From the NCBI RefSeq assembly GCF_000010065.1, contig NC_006576.1, positions 690,001-722,000 on the forward strand: a DNA stretch of 32,000 nt. The letters run 5' to 3'. Shown piece by piece: positions 19,164-27,736 of the stretch (positions within the stretch are counted from its first letter, which is position 1; each line of letters opens with the position of its first letter). The notes beneath the pieces are model-generated. The model had not been told where the DNA came from. It was given only the letters and a program-made list of their open reading frames with translations, and made no database searches. A program made the translations under genes and the position numbers. Source of the stretch: Synechococcus elongatus PCC 6301 (GTDB lineage: Bacteria; Cyanobacteriota; Cyanobacteriia; Synechococcales; Synechococcaceae).

Positions 19164-19267
19164 GCTTCATGACCTGTGATCAAAATCACAAGCTGCTCAG
19201 GAATACATCACGGCCCGGCTCAGGGCTCTCAGCGAGAGTAAACGTATTCTTCTTTCAGCCCTCAGCC

Positions 19268-20128
19268 ATGGCCTTCCACTCTCGCATCGGCTCCACCAGC
19301 CAAGTCAAATCCAGCCTCAAGCTGCTAAAAAGTCTGGAGCCGGTCAACACCTCAAATCTCTCTGCTCCAACACCTACCCCTGCTCCAACACCAGCTATCA
19401 CGACCTATGGATCTGCAGGCAATGACAATCTTTTAGGTGGTTTTTCTGCAGACATCATCTATGGCGGTGATGGCAACGATGTCCTCTCGGGCGGCACGAC
19501 CTATTCGATGGCAAGCTACTTCAACGGCCAATATATTAATGATCTCTCTGGCGATACACTCTACGGCGAAGCTGGCAATGATCTCCTCCTAGGTGGACTT
19601 GGTCGTGACTATCTCTACGGTGGCGTGGGTGATGACACATTAGAAGGTTACGGCTTCAAACCTCAGCTTTCTCAAGTGGCCGTGGATGATACATTTCCCT
19701 TTGAAATTGAGGGTAATTTTCTGGATGGTGGAGAAGGAAATGATGTGCTTCTTGGGTCGATGGGAAACGATACCTTGATAGGTGGAACCGGTGATGACGT
19801 TTTAAATGGCCGAGGTGGACGTGACCTGATCACGGGTGGGCTAGGTTCTGACCAGTTTGTTATTAATGTAGAGAGCTACCGCGACAGCGCTACTTTTCCC
19901 AACACCTTTGCCACGATTCTGGACTTTAGTGCAGAGGATACTCTTCGCGTCGATCGCCCTGTGATCTTGCAATTAGGATCCGCTAGCGCAGTCAGCATCA
20001 ATCAAGTCAATCTCTACACAACGTCTGACTCTGGCAGTCTGGATTTGATCGCCAGCATTCAAAGTACTGCCTTTGCTTCAGTCAGTGATTTGGCGACAGC
20101 CGTGATGAATGACTTGCTAGGGCTTTAG
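19268..20128 (+). CDS. RTX/hemolysin-type Ca2+-binding repeat protein, putative type I secretion substrate
   Basis: Repeats GSAGNDNLLGGFSADIIYGGDGNDVLSGG, GEAGNDLLLGGLGRDYLYGGVGDDTLEGYG, GGEGNDVLLGSMGNDTLIGGTGDDVLNGRGGRDLITGGLGSDQF; TILDFSAEDTLRV C-terminal element; no N-terminal signal peptide. ATG at 19268 chosen over the TTG at 19160. Confidence 0.85.
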   Translation: MAFHSRIGSTSQVKSSLKLLKSLEPVNTSNLSAPTPTPAPTPAITTYGSAGNDNLLGGFSADIIYGGDGNDVLSGGTTYSMASYFNGQYINDLSGDTLYGEAGNDLLLGGLGRDYLYGGVGDDTLEGYGFKPQLSQVAVDDTFPFEIEGNFLDGGEGNDVLLGSMGNDTLIGGTGDDVLNGRGGRDLITGGLGSDQFVINVESYRDSATFPNTFATILDFSAEDTLRVDRPVILQLGSASAVSINQVNLYTTSDSGSLDLIASIQSTAFASVSDLATAVMNDLLGL

Positions 20129-20186
20129 CTTGAAATTAAGCCTTTGAGTCAGGGTCTCAAGACTGCGAGATCAAACGTCTGCATAT

Positions 20187-21122
20187 TCAACGAAGGTCAG
20201 CCCCGCGTAGGAACAGGAGTAGAGCTTGGCAAAGCTTCTCGGGCCAATCTTCTTGCGGATAGTGACCGGTTTCTTCGAAGCGAACAAACTCCGCCGAGGT
20301 TAATTTCCCAGCGCCTGCCTCAGCTTCTACCCAAGTGAGCCAAGGATCGCGATCGCCCCAACCGACAAGAATAGGTTGCGACCACTGGGCTAATGCACTG
20401 GCAATTTCGGTGCTGACTCGCGCTTGATCTAATTGCCGCACCGTTGCCAAGAGTGCTCGTCCTGCCGCAGAACTGGATAGATAGGGTCGGCGATAGACAT
20501 CCAGATCGGCATCCTCAACACGATAGCCACCGCCACCTTCCAGCACGCGATCAACTGTCAGTGGATCTTGGCAGAGCATTTCACCGGCGAGAGGCAGACC
20601 GAGTTGCCGAATCTTCCAAGGGACGGAAGCGCCGGCATAGAAGGGTGTATTGAATAGGGCAATCCGTTCAACGCGATCGGGATGTTGGGCAGCCCAAAGC
20701 AACCCCACTGCTCCCAGATAGCCTTGGACAACGAGATGAAGGCGCTCAATGCCCAGCTCTGCTCGCCATGCTTCCAAGGCGCTGACAAACGCCTCGGGTG
20801 TGTAGGCAAACTCGCGCCGCTCTGGCTGACTGGAGAAACCTGCTCCAATCCAGTCCGGTGCGATCGCCCGAAACCCCGCATCGGCGATCGCGGGTAACAC
20901 CTGCCGCCAGCCATAGCTTTGACTAACCAGCCCATGCAAGCAGACCACAGGTAACTTTGCGGGATCAGCCTGTGTGGGCTCAGCCTCGCGGTAGAACCAT
21001 TCCAGAGATCCCACCGTTTGTTTCTGTTCCGCGATCGCCACCAGCTCTCCCCTGTTTTTTCTGAAGCCAAACGGCTTTGAGCATACCTTCCCAGCGAGTG
21101 GGGGGGTCGCAACAGTCTTCAC
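20187..21122 (-). CDS. Alpha/beta-fold hydrolase
   Basis: VVCLHGLVSQSYGWRQVLPAIADAGFRAIAPDWIGAGFS; LHLVVQGYLGAVGLLWAAQHPDRVERIALFN; ILVGWGDRDPW; EETGHYPQEDWPE. Confidence 0.85.
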   Translation of the reverse strand: MKTVATPPLAGKVCSKPFGFRKNRGELVAIAEQKQTVGSLEWFYREAEPTQADPAKLPVVCLHGLVSQSYGWRQVLPAIADAGFRAIAPDWIGAGFSSQPERREFAYTPEAFVSALEAWRAELGIERLHLVVQGYLGAVGLLWAAQHPDRVERIALFNTPFYAGASVPWKIRQLGLPLAGEMLCQDPLTVDRVLEGGGGYRVEDADLDVYRRPYLSSSAAGRALLATVRQLDQARVSTEIASALAQWSQPILVGWGDRDPWLTWVEAEAGAGKLTSAEFVRFEETGHYPQEDWPEKLCQALLLFLRGADLR

Positions 21123-21221
21123 AATTTTTTTGACGTAAAGATGTATAACGGTAGCAATTTATACAGAAAAATATTGCTAGATTTAAATCAAGCCTAGTTT
21201 TGCTTGCTGGAGGGATTGACC

Positions 21222-21425
21222 ATGAACACCACCACCCAATCGCGTGAACTGGTGATGCGCCATCAGCAGGCAATCAAAAACCGCCAGCAATCAATGCTGG
21301 GGCGTGCCAATGTCGACATCGGCATGCCGCTGAGCCAAATGCGGCACTACAACGGCACCATTCAAGGCAAGGTGCATTCAGATTTCCGAGCTGCTTACGA
21401 TCGCAGTGGTGCTGCGCTGAGCTAA
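21222..21425 (+). CDS. Small protein of 67 aa, unknown function
   Basis: ATG at 21222 with strong RBS GGAGGGA. MNTTTQSRELVMRHQQAIKNRQQSMLGRANVDIGMPLSQMRHYNGTIQGKVHSDFRAAYDRSGAALS. Followed by a clear terminator. Confidence 0.75.
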   Translation: MNTTTQSRELVMRHQQAIKNRQQSMLGRANVDIGMPLSQMRHYNGTIQGKVHSDFRAAYDRSGAALS

Positions 21426-21480
21426 GTCCACTGCTGCATCTTGAGTCTCGTCCTCCTAGTCCTCTATTGTCTCGACGAAT

Positions 21481-21510
21481 ATCGCTCTGGAATTCCAGGG
21501 CGATTTTTTT
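21481..21510 (+). terminator. Intrinsic terminator
   Basis: ATCGCTCTGG AATT CCAGGGCGAT (10-bp stem with one G-T pair, 4-nt loop) followed by TTTTTT. Confidence 0.88.
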
Positions 21511-21569
21511 GTCTGTCACCTCAATCGAGCGATCGCGGAAGATAAAGGCGGATCTCTGGCTGATTTGTC

Positions 21570-22367
21570 GTGCGTGTTGTTCCTGTTGGGTTACTGCGAT
21601 CGCTGTTAATCGGAGCGATTGCCCTCGGCTGTTGGCTGACTGTGATCACACCAGCACAGGCGGCAACCTTGAGCGATCGCGCTGCGTCGTATCCGGCTTG
21701 GTCAAGCTCACCATCCCTAAAAACCAATGCACCGGATCTGCCCTACCCCGATTGGATGGCAGGAACGTGGCAAGTCACCAGCACCTTGCTGGATTTACAA
21801 GCACCCCTCGCGCCGGAAATCATCACACCAGGCTTTGACAGCAATCGCCGCTGGCTGGATCAACCGCCGGAGTTTCCTGTGCGCTTTGGCACCCCGACCT
21901 ACGCTGCCGCTGCAAAACCGCTACCAGATTTACGGCCTCAAGCAGCCCCCGTCGTCGCCGATCGCGCTTTTAATGGCCTTGCGATCGCCCGCGCCTATCT
22001 TGGGGAGGCTGTTGCCACCGTCAAAGCTCCTGATCCCAATCAACAACTCGTCCAGTTGGTGAATGGCGATAGTCTGCTAATGCGGATGACAGGCCGAGCC
22101 TGGGAACAGCCCACCGACTTCGTTTTCATTGCTAGCGAACTGAGCCGCCAGATTTTTCGGGGTCAGGGTCGCCCTCAGTTCAACAGCGTAGAAACCACAG
22201 CTCGCTACCAGCTGCGATCGCCCAATTTGATTACGGCGGATCAAATTACCGCCATCTATCTGACGCCGCAGGACCCCAGCTACTTTCAAGTTGGCGATCG
22301 TCCGATCGCGCTCTACCGTTACGCCCTGACACTGACTCGCACGGATGACATCTCTGAAGCGGCTTGA
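21570..22367 (+). CDS. Predicted exported/lumenal protein, DUF6816-like
   Basis: Signal-peptide-like LLRSLLIGAIALGCWLTVITPAQA; DLPYPDWMAGTWQVTSTLLDL; FNGLAIARAYLG. Confidence 0.65.
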   Translation: MRVVPVGLLRSLLIGAIALGCWLTVITPAQAATLSDRAASYPAWSSSPSLKTNAPDLPYPDWMAGTWQVTSTLLDLQAPLAPEIITPGFDSNRRWLDQPPEFPVRFGTPTYAAAAKPLPDLRPQAAPVVADRAFNGLAIARAYLGEAVATVKAPDPNQQLVQLVNGDSLLMRMTGRAWEQPTDFVFIASELSRQIFRGQGRPQFNSVETTARYQLRSPNLITADQITAIYLTPQDPSYFQVGDRPIALYRYALTLTRTDDISEAA

Positions 22368-22462
22368 TTCAGTCAGCAATCCGTGGTTACGGCAGGGAAC
22401 GTCTAGTCAGCTACGACAAACAAAAACCCAGCCTCCAACAAGAAGACTGGGTTTGAGCTCAG

Positions 22463-22534
22463 AGCCGGTGACCGGATTCGAACCTGCGACCGGCTGTTTA
22501 CAAAACAGCTGCTCTACCCCTGAGCTACACCGGC
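22463..22534 (-). tRNA. tRNA-Thr(TGT)
   Basis: Minus strand GCCGGTG TA GCTC AGGGGTA GAGC A GCTGT TTTGTAA ACAGC CGGTC GCAGG TTCGAAT CCGGT CACCGGC T: complete cloverleaf, anticodon TGT. Confidence 0.93.
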
Positions 22535-22547
22535 AAGGCAGTAATTA

Positions 22548-22940
22548 CTATAGCGGATCGACTGCTGGCAACGCATGTTGATGCAAAATCAACTCTTGCA
22601 CGGGTTGACCACCTAGCAAATGTTCCTGCAAAATCCGCTCAATCGCTTCGGGGGTGACGCGACCGTACCAAATGCCCTCGGGATAGACCAAGAGAATCGG
22701 CCCTTCTTGACAGACGCGCAGACAGTTGGCCTTAGTTCGAAACACCAGAGGCTTGCCAGTGTCGGGGCGATCGAGATCCAACTCCCGCAGCCGGCGCTTC
22801 AGATACTCCCAGCTTTCGAGACTGCGATCGCGATCGCAACGAAGCGGTTTAGTTTGGTCGGCGCAGAGAAATAAGTGGCGATCGATCTGATCGAGGCCGA
22901 GACTCCGCACCCGCACCGACAGGGTTTCAGCGAGGGTCAT
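22548..22940 (-). CDS. Thioredoxin-like [2Fe-2S] ferredoxin-domain protein
   Basis: [16 protein letters not shown]...[47 protein letters not shown], typical of the 2Fe-2S thioredoxin-like family. ATGA overlap with the minE stop. Confidence 0.82.
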   Translation of the reverse strand: MTLAETLSVRVRSLGLDQIDRHLFLCADQTKPLRCDRDRSLESWEYLKRRLRELDLDRPDTGKPLVFRTKANCLRVCQEGPILLVYPEGIWYGRVTPEAIERILQEHLLGGQPVQELILHQHALPAVDPL

Positions 22941-23212
22941 CCTTCAGCAGTTGCGGGTTTGACACGACGAATCGGTAAATTGGCGACAAGTGCTGTGACT
23001 CGCTGGTCATTTTCTAGCGAGAGTTCCATTCCCTCAGAGTCCAGCTCAACGTAGCGAGAGACCACTTCTAAAATCTCTTGGCGCATCTTTTGCAACAGCT
23101 CAGGGCTGAGGTCAGCACGATCGTGAGCCAGCACAAGCTTAAGGCGCTGCTTCACGGTGTCTCGACTGGCCTGTTGCCGGGGGAACAAGCGCTCGAATAA
23201 GTCAGCCAGCAT
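22937..23212 (-). CDS. minE: Cell division topological specificity factor MinE
   Basis: [44 protein letters not shown]; 14 bp downstream of minD. Confidence 0.93.
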   Translation of the reverse strand: MLADLFERLFPRQQASRDTVKQRLKLVLAHDRADLSPELLQKMRQEILEVVSRYVELDSEGMELSLENDQRVTALVANLPIRRVKPATAEG

Positions 23213-23226
23213 TGCTGCAAAGACCC

Positions 23227-24033
23227 CTAGAGAATTTTTTTATTGAGGATGCGGCGAATCTTACTGAGCACACCGCTCTGGGGTTCCTCAAGATTGAGGA
23301 AGTCGATGCTTTCACCACTCAGGCGCCGCGCCACATTGATGAATGCCTTGGCCGCCAAGGAAGGTGCCTCGGCTAGGACCAACGGCTCGCCACGGTTGGT
23401 GGAAATAATCACCTGCTCGTCATCGGGAATGATGCCGACAAGAGGGATCGCGAGGATTTCCTGCACATCTTCGACACTCATCATGTCGTTGGCCTTGACC
23501 ATCGCTGGCCGCAGCCGGTTCAAAATCAGCCGAATCTCTGTGATGCCATGGGCTTCTAGCAATCCAATAACGCGATCGGCGTCTCGGACAGCCGCAATCT
23601 CCGGCGTCGTAACAATTACGGCTTCGCGGGCGGCCGCGATCGCATTCTGGAATCCGGCTTCAATTCCAGCGGGTGAGTCGATCAAGATCACGTCGAACTG
23701 ACCATCGAGCAGCGTCACCAACTGCTCCATCTGCTGGGGGGTCACCGACTCCTTCATGCGGTTGTTGGCCGCAGGCAGCAGGCAGAGATTCGGTTGGCGC
23801 TTGTCTTTGACCAATGCTTGCTCGAGGCGGCAATTGCCCGCTAAAACATCCTGAGCGGTGTAGACAATCCGATTCTCCAGCCCCAGCAGCAGGTCGAGAT
23901 TGCGCAAGCCAAAGTCCGCATCGATGAGCACGAGGCGTTTACCCAGCTGGGCTAAGGCCATACCCAAGTTGGCGCTGGAGGTGGTTTTGCCCACGCCTCC
24001 CTTACCGGAGGTGACAACAATAACGCGACTCAT
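23227..24033 (-). CDS. minD: Septum site-determining ATPase MinD
   Basis: [50 protein letters not shown]; C-terminal amphipathic [13 protein letters not shown] membrane-targeting helix. Confidence 0.96.
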   Translation of the reverse strand: MSRVIVVTSGKGGVGKTTSSANLGMALAQLGKRLVLIDADFGLRNLDLLLGLENRIVYTAQDVLAGNCRLEQALVKDKRQPNLCLLPAANNRMKESVTPQQMEQLVTLLDGQFDVILIDSPAGIEAGFQNAIAAAREAVIVTTPEIAAVRDADRVIGLLEAHGITEIRLILNRLRPAMVKANDMMSVEDVQEILAIPLVGIIPDDEQVIISTNRGEPLVLAEAPSLAAKAFINVARRLSGESIDFLNLEEPQSGVLSKIRRILNKKIL

Positions 24034-24207
24034 AGGGTCCGAAGAGCAGGAGCGGCGATCGCTCAGCCGGCAATCGCTGACTCATCTTAAACCGTGTCGT
24101 CAAATCCCCCTAGACTGCCAAAGGCTTTCTATATTCACCCTTCATGACAGGGCTGTTCTGCCTGACGATGGAAAGACAATGCAGCGGGGCTTTCACTCCC
24201 AACTTGA

Positions 24208-25380
24208 ATGACAGCGGACTATAACTTACTGATTCTGGGGGCGACACCGGCAGCGATCGCGCTGGCACAACAGGCACGGCGCTGGCAGGCTCGTGTGGCC
24301 TTGATCTATCTGCCAGAGAGTTGGGGCGCGATCGATCGCGATCGCCTGTTGATGCGTTGCTTGTTGAAGTCCACTTCTGTCCCAGAAGCACTGGCCTCAG
24401 GGCAGGCTCTCTACGAACGCCTTGAGCTACTGCAAGGCCCGATCGCTCTGCAGCAACAGGGAATTGATATTGTTGCCAGTCACTGGAAAGCGACACGATC
24501 GCGTCGGGTGGTGGACTGTAGCGATCGCCGACTGGAGGCGCGGCAGATCTGGCAGGCTCAACCGACAGGGGCAGAAGCAACGCCGCTCTGGGACTTACTG
24601 ACCGCCGATCCACAACCGCAATCTGTGACGGTTACTGGCGATCGCACAATCGCGATTGGAGTTGCCCAAGCCCTGACCCGTCATGGTTGGGATGTCGGCT
24701 TGGCAACGCCTGCAATCTGGTCGAGTTGGGAGCCTACGATTGTTCAACGGCTGCAAGCTCAATGTCAGGCTGAGGGCATCCATCTGCTGGAGCAGTCAAC
24801 TCGTCAGACGGATTCCTGCGAGCTGAGTCTCAATTATTTCCAACCTGATCCGCTGCCGCTGCTGCCGGGGAGTCGGGCGATCGCAGCCAATCTCAGTCCG
24901 GCAGAAGTCCGTGCGATCGCGCAACACGGTCTGTTCGGTTGGCCGCGTCAGCAATCAGCTCTAGCCCCGCAGCAAGTTTTAGAGATGGATCCGGCGGCAG
25001 CTCAGGTAGGACTGACAGAAGCCCAAGCCCGCCGTCGCTACGGCGATCGCGTTGAACTAGTTACCGCAAGCTGGCAGCAGCATCCTGAAGCCTTGATTCG
25101 CGATCAAACGGCTGGTTTTCTGCAGCTTTGTGTGTTGAATAACGGTCGCCTGCTTGGGGCGAGTTGGGTAGCAGACAATGCGGGGGATCTGGTGGCACCT
25201 CTGAGTCTGGCGATTCAAACGCGGCGATCGCTGCCTTCACTCTTGGGCCTATGGCCTGAATCGAGTCTTGGGCAGGCGCTAGAGCAATTGCTGGCAGACT
25301 GGGAAGTCCAGCGCAATCAGCGGAGTTGGCGACGACGGTTGCTGAGTGAGTGGCAACTCTTCTGGCGATCGACTTTCTAA
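24208..25380 (+). CDS. Degenerate pyridine nucleotide-disulfide oxidoreductase-like protein
   Basis: N-terminal Rossmann-like YNLLILGATPAAIALAQQARRWQARVALIY; near the C-terminus VLEMDPAAAQVGLTEAQARRRYGDRVELVT resembles the dimerisation-domain entry of class I flavoprotein disulfide reductases. No GGTCxNxGC redox motif seen. Confidence 0.6.
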   Translation: MTADYNLLILGATPAAIALAQQARRWQARVALIYLPESWGAIDRDRLLMRCLLKSTSVPEALASGQALYERLELLQGPIALQQQGIDIVASHWKATRSRRVVDCSDRRLEARQIWQAQPTGAEATPLWDLLTADPQPQSVTVTGDRTIAIGVAQALTRHGWDVGLATPAIWSSWEPTIVQRLQAQCQAEGIHLLEQSTRQTDSCELSLNYFQPDPLPLLPGSRAIAANLSPAEVRAIAQHGLFGWPRQQSALAPQQVLEMDPAAAQVGLTEAQARRRYGDRVELVTASWQQHPEALIRDQTAGFLQLCVLNNGRLLGASWVADNAGDLVAPLSLAIQTRRSLPSLLGLWPESSLGQALEQLLADWEVQRNQRSWRRRLLSEWQLFWRSTF

Positions 25381-25447
25381 ACGGGCGCAGCTTGGAGGAG
25401 ACCCCAGCCGAGCGGTATGGTGTCCAAGGAATTGGAGAAGCGATCGC

Positions 25448-26020
25448 GTGTCATTGGTGACAGCTCTGAACGGCTTAGATCTGTTCTTGGTCGGCTTGAT
25501 GGGATCAGGGAAAACTACGATCGGGAAGCTGCTGGCGGAGTCCTTGGGCTACACCTACGTCGACACCGACAGTTTGATTGAGAACGTCACTGGGCGATCG
25601 ATTCCAGAGATTTTTGCCAGCGATGGCGAAGCTGGCTTCCGGCAAATCGAAACGCAGGTCTTAGAAGAAGTTGCGAGCTATCGCCGCCTAGTAGTGGCAA
25701 CGGGTGGCGGCATTGTGATTCGGCCTGAGAACTGGAGCTATTTGCAACAGGGCTTGGTGATTTGGCTAGATGTACCCATCCCCGAATTGCTACGCCGTCT
25801 AGAAGGTGATCAGAATCGACCGCTTCTACAAACTGAGGCTCCGGCTACCACGCTACAAGCTTTGTGGGAGCAGCGCCGCGATCGCTATGCCCAAGCCGAT
25901 CTCCGTATTGCGATCGAGGCTTCGGAAGATCCTGAAGTAACTATGCAGCGAATTTTAGAAGTTATTCCGAGTGTTCTTAAAAACTCTGCTGATAGCTCTC
26001 CTGCAGAGATAGAGACTTAA
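25448..26020 (+). CDS. aroK: Shikimate kinase
   Basis: LFLVGLMGSGKTTIGKLLAESLGYTYVDTDSLIE (Walker A); IFASDGEAGFRQIETQVL; VVATGGGIVIRPENW; NRPLLQ. GTG start at 25448. Confidence 0.93.
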   Translation: MSLVTALNGLDLFLVGLMGSGKTTIGKLLAESLGYTYVDTDSLIENVTGRSIPEIFASDGEAGFRQIETQVLEEVASYRRLVVATGGGIVIRPENWSYLQQGLVIWLDVPIPELLRRLEGDQNRPLLQTEAPATTLQALWEQRRDRYAQADLRIAIEASEDPEVTMQRILEVIPSVLKNSADSSPAEIET

Positions 26021-26409
26021 GCAATCCGATGAGAAATTCGAGGTTCTTGCCTGGAGCAGGATGAGGCCAGTTTGTCCGCAGATAATGGCAACCCTTGTCT
26101 TCGAAGGATGTGCATCACCCCCCATAACCTGCAGACCTTTAGCAACCTCTAATCTAGCTAGGACAGCCAGTGAAGATGGCCAGCCTCCAAGACAGGATCT
26201 TAAGCCCATCGTTTCCCATCTTGCGGTTTCAACTCAATGGTTGTCATGTGCTAGCGGCGATCGCCCAATACACCGCAAGCGACTCATATTGCACATAGCA
26301 AACGGATTAGGAAAGGCACAGGATCCAAAAGAACACTCTCATCCCTAACCTCTCGCTAATTGTGGGAGAGGAGAAACAATAGGACTTTTGGGCGTTGTGG
26401 GAAAGTCTT

Positions 26410-26523
26410 ATGCGACCTGTTACTAGCTATGGATTCATGACCAGTGTTCGTACAGTAGCCTCGTATGGCAGCAACGATTTGAGCCCCAGTGCGGTGGGAC
26501 TTCTTGAAAGGGAAAGGGTCTGA
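26410..26523 (+). CDS. Candidate small protein, 37 aa: MRPVTSYGFMTSVRTVASYGSNDLSPSAVGLLERERV
   Basis: Hand-translated ATG 26410 to TGA 26521-26523. Not in the supplied ORF track. Convergent with psbA and overlapping its terminator hairpin. Confidence 0.35.
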   Translation: MRPVTSYGFMTSVRTVASYGSNDLSPSAVGLLERERV

Positions 26524-26543
26524 GATTACTCCCAGACCCTTTC
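26512..26543 (-). terminator. psbA 3' hairpin/terminator
   Basis: Perfect 11-bp arms GAAAGGGTCTG (26512-26522) / CAGACCCTTTC (26533-26543), loop 10 nt; pyrimidine-rich CCTTTC follows on the minus strand. Confidence 0.75.
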
Positions 26544-26581
26544 ACCTACTCAATTTCTAGCTGTTCCGCATCAGCCGGCAA

Positions 26582-27664
26582 TTAGCCGTTGATTGCAGGT
26601 GCAGTCAGAGCAACCGGGGTCGCTTCGCCTGCTGCCAAGTCGAGCGGGAAGTTGTGAGCATTACGCTCGTGCATCACTTCCATGCCCAAGTTGGCACGGT
26701 TCAACACATCTGCCCAGGTGTTGATCACACGGCCTTGGCTATCCAAAACCGACTGGTTGAAGTTGAAACCATTCAGGTTGAACGCCATGGTGCTGATGCC
26801 CAAGGACGTGAACCAGATGCCCACGACCGGCCATGCAGCCAGGAAGAAGTGCAGCGAACGGCTGTTATTGAACGATGCGTATTGGAAGATCAAGCGACCA
26901 AAGTAACCGTGGGCTGCCACGATGTTGTAGGTCTCTTCCTCTTGACCAAATTTGTAGCCGTAGTTTTGGCTCTCGGTCTCGGTCGTCTCACGCACCAGCG
27001 AGCTGGTCACCAACGAACCGTGCATTGCCGAGAACAGCGAACCACCGAACACACCAGCCACACCCAGCATGTGGAAGGGGTGCATCAAAATGTTGTGCTC
27101 TGCTTGGAACACGAACATGAAGTTGAAGGTGCCGCTGATACCCAAGGGCATGCCGTCCGAGAACGAACCTTGGCCGATCGGGTAGATCAGGAACACTGCA
27201 GTCGCTGCTGCAACCGGTGCGCTGTATGCAACACAGATCCAGGGGCGCATACCGAGGCGGTACGACAGTTCCCACTCACGGCCCATGTAGCAGAAAACGC
27301 CGATCAGGAAGTGGAACACTACCAATTGGTAGGGACCACCGTTGTACAGCCACTCGTCGAGGCTAGCGGCTTCCCAAATCGGGTAGAAGTGCAAACCAAT
27401 GGCGTTGCTGGAAGGAACAACAGCACCAGAGATGATGTTGTTGCCATACATCAAGGAGCCAGCAACGGGCTCGCGGATGCCGTCGATGTCGACGGGAGGC
27501 GCTGCGATGAACGCAACGATGAAGCAGATGGTGGCGGTCAGCAGGGTGAGGATCATCAACACGCCGAACCAACCCACATAGAGGCGGTTGTCGGTGCTGG
27601 TTACCCACTCGCAGAACTGCTGCCACAGGCTGGCGCTCTCGCGCCGCTGCAATGCAGTCGTCAT
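26582..27664 (-). CDS. psbA: Photosystem II D1 protein, group-2 (high-light, Glu130) form; neighbourhood suggests psbAIII
   Basis: 360-aa D1 with [55 protein letters not shown]; Glu at residue 130 ([12 protein letters not shown]); C-terminal [10 protein letters not shown]. Confidence 0.97.
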
Positions 27665-27698
27665 GATGTTTTGAGTCCAGTGAATTTTTATGTATGTC

Positions 27699-27715
27699 TA
27701 AGGCGTAATGCCTTA
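27699..27715. promoter_or_regulatory. Small hairpin in the psbA/cofG divergent spacer
   Basis: TAAGGC GTAAT GCCTTA, 6-bp stem and 5-nt loop, in a 72-bp spacer between the psbA ATG and the first possible cofG start. Confidence 0.4.
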
Positions 27716-27736
27716 TGAGCTAATAATAACAAAACT

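Noticed and set aside
12820-20128. Prophage or transposon origin of the secreted-protein/RTX region
   Set aside because: No integrase, transposase, terminal inverted repeats or tRNA-end duplication was visible; acquired origin is suggested only by the HIP1 gap and composition.
26654-27718. 354-aa plus-strand ORF antisense to psbA
   Set aside because: It is the antisense shadow of an unambiguous D1 gene; composition is rich in His/Val/Glu from reverse-complement codon bias and it has no recognisable domain.
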